This document shows positions 49,766-59,372 of a stretch of DNA of 64,000 nucleotides, piece by piece. A model generated the notes under the pieces. It searched no databases, had not been told where the DNA came from, and saw only the letters and a list, made by a program, of their open reading frames with translations. The position numbers and the translations under genes are program-made. The DNA is from Erythrobacter sp. Its GTDB lineage: Bacteria > Pseudomonadota > Alphaproteobacteria > Sphingomonadales > Sphingomonadaceae. The DNA lies in NCBI GenBank assembly GCA_963691825.1, contig OY829379.1, positions 1,472,215 through 1,536,214 on the forward strand. The letters run 5' to 3'. Position 1 is the stretch's first letter. Each line of letters starts with the position of its first letter.

Positions 49766-50314
49766 CTAGATAACATCGATGCCAATAGGTCCGCCTAAAA
49801 GGCGCACCACTGCTTCCTGGCCTTTTCTAGTTAAATGTACTATTCGCCTCCTGTTGTCTGACTTGTCTGGTTCTGCGTAGATAAGGCCGTACTCGATAAG
49901 TAAATGAACCCATCGCAATCCAGTCGTTTGCGGGCACCTTGCGGCTAAAGACGTGTCACTCACTGACACCTTCCTTCCCTCATTCTCGCTGATAAACAGA
50001 TCGAGCAGCATATCAACGGGGGGGCCGTCAGGCACACCTGCGCTTAGAGCTCTCTCTGCGCTGCGTCTTCGAGCTGAATACATTCTTTCGGCTCGCTTGG
50101 CTAGATTTGATCTGTGATATTGGTCTGCATCATTTATCCCGTCACTATCCATGGTTTCAGGGAAAAAACCTTTGGACTCTTGCTTTAGCAGTAGCTTTTG
50201 GAGCGTCTTAAGGTCTGAAGTGGCTCGCGCGATAAGGTCTGCGAGGTCTATGGCGTCGTATTTTTCTCCGGCCCCAATCTTGGGTGCGGTTTGGGGTGTG
50301 CTACGGCGGCTCAT
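49766..50314 (-). CDS. MarR-like winged-helix regulator (sphingomonad type)
   Basis: DMLLDLF...RKVSVSD...PQTTGLRWV...D..DNRRRIVHLT pattern. Confidence 0.85.
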   Translation of the reverse strand: MSRRSTPQTAPKIGAGEKYDAIDLADLIARATSDLKTLQKLLLKQESKGFFPETMDSDGINDADQYHRSNLAKRAERMYSARRRSAERALSAGVPDGPPVDMLLDLFISENEGRKVSVSDTSLAARCPQTTGLRWVHLLIEYGLIYAEPDKSDNRRRIVHLTRKGQEAVVRLLGGPIGIDVI

Positions 50315-50828
50315 GGGATTTCAATAAGAGTCATGCTGTATTTGATCCCTTGGCGGGAGGGGGGCTGCGGAATTCTCAGGCTGCAGTCTCCTACAAAAAA
50401 GTTCTACGCAAAAAGCTTGCCAATTTTGTCCTGCGCCACGCATTTTTTGCAGTGATCAGAGAAATTGACTTTTTGGAAGACTGCTCCAACGACTTAATCC
50501 TAATTACAATCTCTGAGAAGTTAATTGGTTTTAATCCCGCTCTTCACACTACGACGCCACGAAAGCTAAGAACTTGGTCTTCATCCAAGAATGCAGAGGC
50601 CTGTAATCTGTTCAAGCTGACTTATTGATTATGTGAGGCTCCGTCCTTCTGTAACGGGCGCACCAAAAGGCGCTGTTCTCACACATGATTTAGCACACCT
50701 CTTGGGGGCACCAAGCTTCCGTATTCGTAAACTCATGTTTCAACGAGAGCTTTTCAGTGGAAGCAATTAAGTTCGCATCCGAAAATGCAAATGCCAAGCG
50801 ACAGAGGGAAGGGCAAGCAAGCTTGGTA

Positions 50829-50857
50829 TTGACCCGGCGCAGACGGGTACTTAACAC
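50829..50857 (+). promoter_or_regulatory. Sigma70 stable-RNA promoter of tRNA-Gln
   Basis: TTGACC-N17-TAACAC followed by a GC-rich discriminator (GCGCCTCCCGC). Confidence 0.7.
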
Positions 50858-50916
50858 GCGCCTCCCGCGCCCAGATTGCGGCAAGCTTCTGTCGATCTGG
50901 CGCTGGCTCAAGCTGA

Positions 50917-50990
50917 TGCCCCGTCGTCTAATGGTAAGACTGCGGACTCTGACTCCGTCAATTGAGGTTCGAATCCTCACGGGGCATCCA
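50917..50990 (+). tRNA. tRNA-Gln (anticodon CTG)
   Basis: Acceptor TGCCCCG/CGGGGCA, D-loop TAATGGTAA, anticodon arm GCGGA-CTCTGAC-TCCGT, T-loop GGTTCGAATCC, encoded CCA. Confidence 0.97.
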
Positions 50991-51276
50991 TATCGTTGCG
51001 CGCCTTTTGGGATTTAGCCGGATCGCTAGCGCGCCGTTGAGGCCGCAATGCACTCTTCTCAATCAGCATCGCCCTTAGGGCAACTCTCAAAGGACCTTGA
51101 AGCGTTCTTGTATTTGAACTGTCCGATGGGTTTGGTTGAGATATCAAGCGCAGCTAATTTGCAACGCTTCGGCCGTATTCAGCCTGTAGTTTTGAAACCA
51201 ACTTGACACATAGCTTTCTTCTCGAAATCTTCGTTTTGCAGTGCACAAACATAATAATATGAACAAGGAAAGCCAA

Positions 51277-54200
51277 ATGAAACCTCTCAAACTTTCTGGC
51301 CAAGCGCTTCTTCTGGCGGCCGCAAGTGCCATTCCTTTTGCCGCTCAGGCTCAATCCGCACCCGACGCAGACGTTGCGCAGGTGGAAGAGGAGCAGCGCA
51401 TCATCGTGACCGGTTCGCGCATTGCGCGCGACCCCAATATCGGTGCGCCGGCGCCGGTGATCTCGCTTGATGCCGAAGCTTTGACGCAAGCGGGTTCACC
51501 TGACGTTGTCGATGTCCTGCGTGACGTTCCGGCTTTGTCGACTTCGACCACGTCGGAAGGGTCGATCGACGGGATTTTCTCCGAAGCTGTGGGCCAATCA
51601 ATCCTCAACCTTCGCGGCCTGGGATCTAACCGTACACTGGTGTTGGTCAATGGTCGCCGCCACGTATCGGGCGTTGCCGGAGAGCAAGCGGTCGACATCA
51701 ACTCGATCCCCACCGCTTTGATCGAGCGTGTGGAAACTCTGACAGGCGGTGCATCATCGGTTTACGGCGCTGACGCTGTAACCGGCGTTGTGAACTTTGT
51801 GCTGCGTGACGATTTCGAAGGCCTGCAGGCAAATGTCCAGTCGGGCATCTCCTCCAAGGGTGATGCATGGCGGATCAATGCCGATCTGACTTGGGGCGCA
51901 AATTTTGCAGATGGTCGTGGTAACATCACGATCTCAGGCGAGTATGCGCGCGCTGACGAATTGCAATATGGTGATCGCTCCTTCTCGCGCAACAATGGGC
52001 TTTTCGATGATCAGGCAAACCCTGCGCTGCGGCTCCAAACTGGTGAACTCAGCGCGACCGATACGCCTAACTTCATTGCCAATGGGGCTGTCCTTGGCGG
52101 CCTGATCCCGACCGATACGACTGGCTTCATCCCAACCACTGCGGAACAGGCTTTGATCGACCGTTCACTCAATGCGCCGCGTCGTTTCATTGCTGGTGAC
52201 CCGCGTTTCTCGCTCTCCTCGGCAGGCGGCATTATCGCTCCGGGTGACATTGGTTTGAGCGATGGTCCAGATATCAATGGGAACGGTATCCCAGACTGTC
52301 TTGAATCGGCCGTGGGCTTCAACTCGACTTTTAACCCCGGCGCATTCGGGCTTGCCGGTGGTTGTGCGGCGATCAATGCAGACGGCACGCTTAGCGTATA
52401 TCAGGATGGCCAGATCACCGGCCTGTTCAATCAGTTCGGCGGCGATGGGATTGAAAACAATTTCGACGTCAATTCGTTGATCCCGGAAACCGAGCGCTGG
52501 TCGGTTAATGCCAATCTCACTTACGAATTTTCTTCGTCGGCAACTTTGTTCTTCGAAGGGAAATATGTGTCGAACTCGGCTGAGTTTCAGTCGCAGCCCA
52601 ATACATTCTACGACCTTTTGACAATCCGTAGCGACAACCCATTCATCACCGCAGACCAAGCGGCATATGTCGCGCCATTGTTTTTTGGCAACGGGACCGA
52701 TGAAGGTTTCTACATCACCCGCGACCCGGCTGATCTCGGCGAGAATCGCAACCGCAATGAGTTTGAAACCTATCGTTTTGTAGGTGGCCTGCGCGGTGAC
52801 ACGTCGGATTATTTCTCTTACGAGCTGTCAGCCAATTACGGTCGCTTTAAACAGACCTCAAACGATGCCAACCGGGTCATCATGGATCGCTTCTTTGCTG
52901 CGATCGATGTGACCACTGATGGGAATGGCAATCCGATCTGTCGTTCTGATATTGATTCAACTGCGCCGGCGACCACGCCGTTTGGCATTCCTGCTGGCGA
53001 TCCGGGTTTCTTCACCTTTAATCCGGGCGATGGTTCCTGCGCACCGGCCAACATCCTTGGCGGTGTTGGCTCAATCAGCCAGGAAGCTATCGATTTCATC
53101 ACCACGACTGTGGTGAATGAGTTTGAGCTCGAACAGCTGGTTTTCAGTGCGATCTTCACCGGCAATACGGGCGCTTTCCTCGAGGCCCCTGGTGGCGCCG
53201 TTTCCTATGCGTTTGGACTTGAATATCGTGAAGAGCGTTCGACCTCTTTGTTCGATCCGCTGGTTCGCGGTGTGGTCCCTGTGACCACGCCTGACGCCGC
53301 GCAAGGTGACCTGCTTCGAGATTTGGGTTTTGCGCAGAATTCGCTGGTTTTTGACCCCTCCTCGGTCATCAACGATGCTGGCGGTTCGTACAATGTCTAT
53401 GATCTGTTCGCCGAGGTTAGCGTTCCGATCCTGTCTGGTGTGGCTTTTGCTGAAACGCTCGAATTCAGCGCGGCGGCCCGTTTCTCGAGTTATTCTACGA
53501 TAGGGGATACATTCACATGGAACGTAAGCGGCCTTTGGGCGCCCACCGAAGATATCCTGTTCCGCGGAACTTACGCACAGGCGGTGCGTGCTCCGAACAT
53601 CAACGAGCTGTTCAACCCAGCGCAAGGCGCCTTCTTCCGTCCGGTCGATCCGTGCGATGCAGGTAACCTTGTTTCTGGTGCGGATCCGGCGCTGCGTCAG
53701 GCTAATTGTGAAGCTTTGTTCGCGCAGCTCGGGTTTGATCCCACGCTGGGGACGGGTTCCTACGCCTATGTTGATCCTTTGACTGCGCGCTTCTCGGGCT
53801 CGGTCAGCGGCAATCCCGACCTTCAGGAAGAGACCGCGAAGACATGGACTGTAGGGACCCAAATCACGCCCAGCTTTCTGCCCGGCTTCGTGCTCAGCGT
53901 CGATTATTACAATATCGAAATTGAAGATGCGATCAACGCGGTGAGCGCACAGGATATCGTCGACAATTGTGTCGATTCGTCCAGCATCAACAATGCGTTC
54001 TGCACTCTGGTCGATCGAAACTCGGCGAATGGTGGGTTTAGCTTCCTGCGTCAAAGTTCGCTGAACTTCGCACGCCAGGAAACCGCCGGTGTGGAAGCAT
54101 CGATGCAGTATCGCTTCGGTGCCGGTCCGCTTGATTTCACATTCAACGCAAGCGGCAACTGGGTCGACAAGCTCAACAACTTCTTCGATCCGGCCGATCC

Positions 54201-54567
54201 AACTTTGGTCGATCCTGAGCTTGGCGAATTGCAACGTCCTGAATGGGCCGGACGTGCCTCGCTTACGGCTGAGTTTGAAAGCTTCAGCCTGACTTGGGGG
54301 ACCACCTATCTGGACTCGATGGGGCTGCGTGCAGTTGAAATCGAAACAGTTGGCACCAGCGGGGCAGATACCTATTCGCCTGACAACGCGCTCACCAATG
54401 ATGTCTTCATCCACGACATCACTTTCACTTGGGAGGCGACCGACATGATCGACATCTATGGCGGGGTGAACAACGTGTTCAACCGTAAGCCATTTGTGAC
54501 TGAACAGGCCTATCCGGTAAGTCCGGTTGGGACGCTCTTCTTCCTCGGCGCCACCCTGACGATGTAA
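51277..54567 (+). CDS. TonB-dependent outer-membrane receptor (alternative start 51259)
   Basis: Signal peptide, TonB box IIVTGSRI, plug motif LNLRGLGSNRTLVLVNGRR, YGADAVTGVVN and C-terminal beta-strand. Confidence 0.95.
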   Translation: MKPLKLSGQALLLAAASAIPFAAQAQSAPDADVAQVEEEQRIIVTGSRIARDPNIGAPAPVISLDAEALTQAGSPDVVDVLRDVPALSTSTTSEGSIDGIFSEAVGQSILNLRGLGSNRTLVLVNGRRHVSGVAGEQAVDINSIPTALIERVETLTGGASSVYGADAVTGVVNFVLRDDFEGLQANVQSGISSKGDAWRINADLTWGANFADGRGNITISGEYARADELQYGDRSFSRNNGLFDDQANPALRLQTGELSATDTPNFIANGAVLGGLIPTDTTGFIPTTAEQALIDRSLNAPRRFIAGDPRFSLSSAGGIIAPGDIGLSDGPDINGNGIPDCLESAVGFNSTFNPGAFGLAGGCAAINADGTLSVYQDGQITGLFNQFGGDGIENNFDVNSLIPETERWSVNANLTYEFSSSATLFFEGKYVSNSAEFQSQPNTFYDLLTIRSDNPFITADQAAYVAPLFFGNGTDEGFYITRDPADLGENRNRNEFETYRFVGGLRGDTSDYFSYELSANYGRFKQTSNDANRVIMDRFFAAIDVTTDGNGNPICRSDIDSTAPATTPFGIPAGDPGFFTFNPGDGSCAPANILGGVGSISQEAIDFITTTVVNEFELEQLVFSAIFTGNTGAFLEAPGGAVSYAFGLEYREERSTSLFDPLVRGVVPVTTPDAAQGDLLRDLGFAQNSLVFDPSSVINDAGGSYNVYDLFAEVSVPILSGVAFAETLEFSAAARFSSYSTIGDTFTWNVSGLWAPTEDILFRGTYAQAVRAPNINELFNPAQGAFFRPVDPCDAGNLVSGADPALRQANCEALFAQLGFDPTLGTGSYAYVDPLTARFSGSVSGNPDLQEETAKTWTVGTQITPSFLPGFVLSVDYYNIEIEDAINAVSAQDIVDNCVDSSSINNAFCTLVDRNSANGGFSFLRQSSLNFARQETAGVEASMQYRFGAGPLDFTFNASGNWVDKLNNFFDPADPTLVDPELGELQRPEWAGRASLTAEFESFSLTWGTTYLDSMGLRAVEIETVGTSGADTYSPDNALTNDVFIHDITFTWEATDMIDIYGGVNNVFNRKPFVTEQAYPVSPVGTLFFLGATLTM

Positions 54568-54588
54568 GTTAGAGCTACGGCAAACAGA

Positions 54589-54623
54589 AAAGGGGCGCGA
54601 GGGTAACACCCTTGCGCCCCTTT
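54589..54623 (+). terminator. Rho-independent terminator after the TBDR
   Basis: AAAGGGGCGCGAGGGT-AAC-ACCCTTGCGCCCCTTT 16-bp stem (one G-U pair). Confidence 0.85.
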
Positions 54624-54791
54624 ACGTTTGTCAATCTGCGGCTTCCCCCTAAGGGCTGTGTCCCGGCTCTTTCTGGGTGGTTCTCCCGTTCATTCCTGCG
54701 AGGCTCCAATGGCATTGAGGAGCAACAAATCGGGGGCAATAATTGACTATCTTGGCCGCTCATGCACTTATAGGGCGAGATTAAGGATGAT

Positions 54792-56303
54792 ATGGCCCTG
54801 CTCAAACAATTGAAATATGCTGGGATTGCAGTTGTATTATTGCTCGCCATATTAATTATGCGGATGGTTTGGGTCGCTAATACGATCAAGGAGTATCCAG
54901 CTCCGCTGCGTGCGGAAACACCGCTCGATTTCGCACCCGAAGATTCCGTGGTTGCGACCAATATTTCTGCACCCTTGGACACCGTTAGCTCGCGGCTTGA
55001 AGTGGCTCTACCCAAAACGCTGGTTGCGCTCGATGAGAGGGTCGAGGAATGCATTCCTCGAGAAGAGGTGAGCGCCTTGGGTGTTGATCTGTTCAAGACG
55101 CCTCGGCTTGGTTGCAATTTGAAAGGCGAGATCACGCGCGGACGCATTACTTTGGCAGGTGCTGGCGATACGTTGAAGGTTCTCGTCCCGATCAATGCGC
55201 GGATCGAAATTCTTGATCTTGGCGATGTGGTCAAGCGCGAGACCGTCACCGCGGCAGCTGACGTGAGAGTTGCCGCAAGATTGACGGTCAATCGAGACTG
55301 GGGACTCACGCCAAAGCTCAACCTGACATATAATTGGTCTGTAGAGCCCGGTATCGATTTTCTGGGTCGCCGTGTCACATTTACGAAGCTTGCGGATAAG
55401 GCCTTGGCACAGAGCCTGAGCGACATTGAGAGGGCTCTGGAGACTGAGATCCGCAAGCTAAACTTGCGCAATGAGGTCGCAGATATATGGCGTGATGCCC
55501 ACGATACACTTTCGGTCAATCGTGAGAATCCGCCAGTTTGGCTGCGTATTACGCCGAGGCGGGTCGGGGCCGGAACGCTTAGCGTGGCCTCATCGCGCGT
55601 ATCTGTACAAATGATGGTGGCGGCCGGATTGGAACTGGTGGTCGGGGATCAGCCTGAACCCGAAAAGCCGGGGCCATTGGGCGAAAATGTCGGCGTACCT
55701 GCACAGCCGGGCTTTACCGTGAATGTCCCTGTCTTGGCCGATTACGCCGAGCTTGAGCCGGTGCTTTTGCGCGAACTTCAAAAACTCAGCACTTCTGGAC
55801 TTTTGCGGGATAAGGGATTGAATGTCAGTGTGGATTTCCTCTCAGTCACGATCTACGCCACCGAGCGTAATCGTCTGGCTGTTGGGATCGAAGCGCGGGT
55901 GAGATCAACCGGCAGGTTTGCAGGCAAATATTGGGCACGTAGCCGGGGCAGAGTTTGGCTGACAGCGGACCCGATCACGCAAGAAGGCAGCGAAATTCTG
56001 ACGATCGAGAATCTCGAGATTAACGGTGACATGGACCGGTATTCGGGTGACTTGCTGGTCCGATTGCTGGGCAATCCCGTGATCAAAAGCCGCATCCAGA
56101 CGGCTCTCACCACCAATTTCCGGCGTGACTATGATGATGTTGTGGCCAAAGCCCGAAAGGGACTGGCCTCGGTTAAAGTTGGTGATGCGCGGTTGGCCTT
56201 CGACGTTGACGAATTTAGCCATGGCAAAGTTTCCGTCACCGGCGCGGGATTGTTCATGCCGGTTACGGCCCGGGGCACCGTTGCTGCTCGTGTGACTGAT
56301 TAA
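54792..56303 (+). CDS. DUF4403-like protein (N-terminal membrane anchor, TULIP-like beta-rich repeats)
   Basis: N-terminal TM; motifs YNWSVEPGIDFLGRRVTF, VWLRITP and GLFMPV; family assignment from memory. Confidence 0.7.
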   Translation: MALLKQLKYAGIAVVLLLAILIMRMVWVANTIKEYPAPLRAETPLDFAPEDSVVATNISAPLDTVSSRLEVALPKTLVALDERVEECIPREEVSALGVDLFKTPRLGCNLKGEITRGRITLAGAGDTLKVLVPINARIEILDLGDVVKRETVTAAADVRVAARLTVNRDWGLTPKLNLTYNWSVEPGIDFLGRRVTFTKLADKALAQSLSDIERALETEIRKLNLRNEVADIWRDAHDTLSVNRENPPVWLRITPRRVGAGTLSVASSRVSVQMMVAAGLELVVGDQPEPEKPGPLGENVGVPAQPGFTVNVPVLADYAELEPVLLRELQKLSTSGLLRDKGLNVSVDFLSVTIYATERNRLAVGIEARVRSTGRFAGKYWARSRGRVWLTADPITQEGSEILTIENLEINGDMDRYSGDLLVRLLGNPVIKSRIQTALTTNFRRDYDDVVAKARKGLASVKVGDARLAFDVDEFSHGKVSVTGAGLFMPVTARGTVAARVTD

Positions 56304-56435
56304 AAGCTATCAAGGTCTGGACGATATGCCGGATCGTCGCCAATTACAGTTCGCTATTCGTCTGATGACCCTTGACCGGAGACTGGCTGAGGCGCAGGCC
56401 TTGCGATAGCTAGCCGTTGATCAAGGATAACTGCC

Positions 56436-58367
56436 ATCGAGCCTCATAACCCTGCCCTCGGTCCTGCTGAACAAGCCGATCCTGCGCGCCGGCTTGCTGC
56501 ACGAGAAAGGCAGGCGCGCATCATTGCCGATATTGGGCAAAAGGCGCTGGCGACACGCGATCTTGAAAGCTTCTTCGATGAAGTTTGCGCCTCATTATGC
56601 AGCGCGCTTGACTGCGGTTTTGCCAAAATGCTGCGGCTGTCGGATGACCGCCAGAACTTTGGGCCGATAGCCGGTGCGGGCTGGGATCCGGGCGCGTTGG
56701 AAGGCACGCGGATTCACAACGGGGCACACAGTCAAGCGGGCTACACCTTACAGGAGGAAAGTTCGGTACTCGTTCGTGATCTGAAGCGAGAGACGCGCTT
56801 CGAAATTTCGCAATTGTTTATCGATCACGGCGTGCGCTCAGGCATTGGTGCGCTCATCACGGTAGGCAATCAGCCTTGGGGAGTGATCAGTCTGCATGAT
56901 CGTGAGCCAGGCGCTTTCGGAGCCGAAGATCTCGCTATTTTGGAGGCTGCCTCGAACATCATCGCAATGACCATCATGCAGAAAATGCGTGAGGATTTCC
57001 TCTCGCGCGAGCGCTTTATTCAATCGCTTTCTCTGGGTGTGGCCGAAATTGGGGTTTGGACCCGTGACCTTACAACGGACGAAGTGACCTGGGATCAGCG
57101 TCTGCGTGAAATCGTTGGCGCTCAGAGCACTCAACTGACTCCGCAAAAGAACGATCTGACAGATTTCATCGTCGATGAAGATCGGCAACGGGTGCGCGAT
57201 GCGCTTGCCATGACCAAGGACCATGGCAAGGCGTTTGAAGAGGAGTTCCGATTGCTACGCCCGGACGGCGAGACGATCTGGTTGCACGCGCGTGCCGAAC
57301 GCACGCAGCAGAATAACCGGTCACTGGTAATCGGCATCACAGCCGACATCACCGAGCGCAAACTGACTGAAGAGCGCAGTGAATTTATGATGCGCGAACT
57401 CGATCATCGGGTCAAAAACCTGCTGGCAATTATTCTCTCGATTGCAGAGATCACGGCGCGTTCGGCCCCCGATGTGCAGAGCTACAAGGGGGGCTTTAGG
57501 GCCCGGCTTGATGCGATTGCACGCACGCACAGCCTGTTGGCTGATGCGCGCTGGTCTGGCGTGGAGCTGCGCTCTTTGATCGAGGATGAAGTGGTCGATC
57601 GGTCGGCTGCTGGCCGAGTGGAGATTGATGGCCCGCAAGTTCCTATATCACCAGGGGCAGCGCAGTCCTTGTCAATGTTGCTGCATGAACTCAACACCAA
57701 TGCTCGCAAATATGGGTCGCTCTCGGTTGATGGGGGGCGGCTCAAAATACTGTGGTATAAATTGGGCGGCGAAGATGGCGAGGTGGTGCTCACTTGGCAG
57801 GAAACCGGTGGGCCGCAGGTTCACACTCCAAGCCATCGAGGGTTTGGGAGCAAGGTGATCAATCAGATCATCGAGCGTCAGTTGGGCGCGAAGGTTACGA
57901 CAGACTGGAACCCGGCCGGGATTATCCTGTCTGTCCGCATTCCGATCTCGAGTGTTCGGCCACCCCCTTTGCAGAAACCCGACCGTGCAGCTCAAGACGA
58001 TTTTGTGTCGCAAGAGGCCTTGTTGGATGCCCGGGTGCTTGTGCTTGACCATGAATGGCTGGCCGCCGAGCAATATGGGGCAATTTTCATTCGACTTGGG
58101 GCGCAAGTGCTCGGACCTTATTTGAAATTGTCTGAGGCGGCAGGAGGGGATCTTGATGCGATCGATATTGCCGTTTTGGATCTTGCGTTTGGTGATGATG
58201 GATTGGCCTTTGCGGGGCGATTGAAAGATGCGGGCGTGCCGATCGTGTTTGTCGCGGAGCCAGGGGAAAAGCTTGATCTGCCCAGCCGCTTCGCCAGCGA
58301 TCCGGTTTTGACCAAACCGGCTAGTGCAGACGTTCTTATCAAAGCCGCCGCCCGGTTGCTGACATAA
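56436..58367 (+). CDS. GAF-PAS-HWE histidine kinase with C-terminal receiver-like domain; probable non-ATG start
   Basis: ELDHRVKNLL H-box, ELNTNARKYG, WQETGGP, GFGS; REC with VLD and KP. The frame is open from 56421 and encodes the GAF N-terminus upstream of the first ATG (56628). Confidence 0.85.
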   Translation: MEPHNPALGPAEQADPARRLAARERQARIIADIGQKALATRDLESFFDEVCASLCSALDCGFAKMLRLSDDRQNFGPIAGAGWDPGALEGTRIHNGAHSQAGYTLQEESSVLVRDLKRETRFEISQLFIDHGVRSGIGALITVGNQPWGVISLHDREPGAFGAEDLAILEAASNIIAMTIMQKMREDFLSRERFIQSLSLGVAEIGVWTRDLTTDEVTWDQRLREIVGAQSTQLTPQKNDLTDFIVDEDRQRVRDALAMTKDHGKAFEEEFRLLRPDGETIWLHARAERTQQNNRSLVIGITADITERKLTEERSEFMMRELDHRVKNLLAIILSIAEITARSAPDVQSYKGGFRARLDAIARTHSLLADARWSGVELRSLIEDEVVDRSAAGRVEIDGPQVPISPGAAQSLSMLLHELNTNARKYGSLSVDGGRLKILWYKLGGEDGEVVLTWQETGGPQVHTPSHRGFGSKVINQIIERQLGAKVTTDWNPAGIILSVRIPISSVRPPPLQKPDRAAQDDFVSQEALLDARVLVLDHEWLAAEQYGAIFIRLGAQVLGPYLKLSEAAGGDLDAIDIAVLDLAFGDDGLAFAGRLKDAGVPIVFVAEPGEKLDLPSRFASDPVLTKPASADVLIKAAARLLT

Positions 58368-58374
58368 AGCTGCG

Positions 58375-58400
58375 CCCCTATTCGCGCCCCCTATTCGCGC
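58375..58400 (+). repeat. Perfect 13-bp tandem duplication (CCCCTATTCGCGC)2
   Basis: Read directly in the kinase-LOG spacer. Confidence 0.9.
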
Positions 58401-58469
58401 CTCCCAAACTCTGTTTAAGCTGTATTGCTGGCTTGCCGGTGATGCTAAGCGGGCCTAATGCCTTGAGTT

Positions 58470-59369
58470 ATGACGAAACACTCCGACAAATCCGCTCCCA
58501 ATTCTTACCACGAACTGACCAATCGCAACTTCTATCGCGCGGGCGAGGAAAGCCGGTTTGCCGAGGAGGCTCCGGTGCGCACTCCTCAGACCGAGCATCC
58601 CGCTTACCAATTGGCGTTTCGCGATCATGACTTTTTGCTGCGTGATGAGCTGCGCCCGGTGCGGTTTCAGCTCGAATTGCTCAAACCCGAAATGCTGCTT
58701 GATGAAGCACGCGTTGGGTCAACAATGGTGATGTATGGCTCGGCGCGTATCCCCGCGCCCGAGGAGGCACAGGCCAAACTTGATCAGGCCAAGGACGGCA
58801 CTGAATATGAGCAGCAGGTCGCAAAGCGTTTGGCGGACAAAGCCAAATATTACGAGGAAGCCTACAAGCTTGCGCGGTTGGTTTCGGAAAAAGCGATCAT
58901 TGAAGATGGCAAACGCCAATTCGTTGTCACAACCGGTGGCGGCCCTTCGATTATGGAGGCCGGCAATCGCGGCGCGAGCGATGCGGGGAGCGAGTCGATT
59001 GGCCTCAATATTGTGTTGCCGCATGAGCAGGCGCCCAATGGCTATGTGACGCCCTATTTGTCACTCAACTTCCATTATTTTGCTTTGCGCAAAATGCACT
59101 TTTTGCTGCGCGCCCGGGCGGTGGCGGTGTTCCCCGGCGGTTTTGGCACATTCGATGAGCTGTTCGAGCTTTTGACGCTTATTCAAACGGGCAAGATGAA
59201 GCCGATCCCGATCATGCTCTTCGGCAAGGATTTCTGGTCTCGTGTTGTTGATTTCGATGCGATTGCCGAGGAAGGCACGATCTCGAAGGCCGATTTGGAC
59301 CTGTTCCACTGGTGCGAAACCGCCGAAGAGGCGTGGGCCCATATCGCGCAATTTTATGAATTGGATTAA
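58470..59369 (+). CDS. LOG-family (TIGR00730-like) nucleotide phosphoribohydrolase
   Basis: YGSAR, TGGGPSIMEAGNRGA, RKMHF and PGGFGTFDE. Confidence 0.92.
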   Translation: MTKHSDKSAPNSYHELTNRNFYRAGEESRFAEEAPVRTPQTEHPAYQLAFRDHDFLLRDELRPVRFQLELLKPEMLLDEARVGSTMVMYGSARIPAPEEAQAKLDQAKDGTEYEQQVAKRLADKAKYYEEAYKLARLVSEKAIIEDGKRQFVVTTGGGPSIMEAGNRGASDAGSESIGLNIVLPHEQAPNGYVTPYLSLNFHYFALRKMHFLLRARAVAVFPGGFGTFDELFELLTLIQTGKMKPIPIMLFGKDFWSRVVDFDAIAEEGTISKADLDLFHWCETAEEAWAHIAQFYELD

Positions 59370-59372
59370 AGG

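Noticed and set aside
50521-50534. TTAA-TTGGTT-TTAA as a CtrA site
   Set aside because: Spacing is 6 nt; CtrA full sites need TTAA-N7-TTAA.
50960-50990. tRNA-Gln 3' end as an attL/attR of an integrated element
   Set aside because: I found no second copy of the tRNA 3' end and no integrase in the window; an exact-match search could still find a short core.
50284-51017. ORFs 50284-50628, 50690-50980 and 50757-51017
   Set aside because: They overlap the MarR-like gene start, the tRNA promoter or the tRNA itself, and show no motifs.
50991-51276. Riboswitch or Fur box upstream of the TonB-dependent receptor
   Set aside because: No cobalamin or TPP aptamer signature and no Fur/Irr palindrome recognisable by eye; an Rfam scan would settle it.
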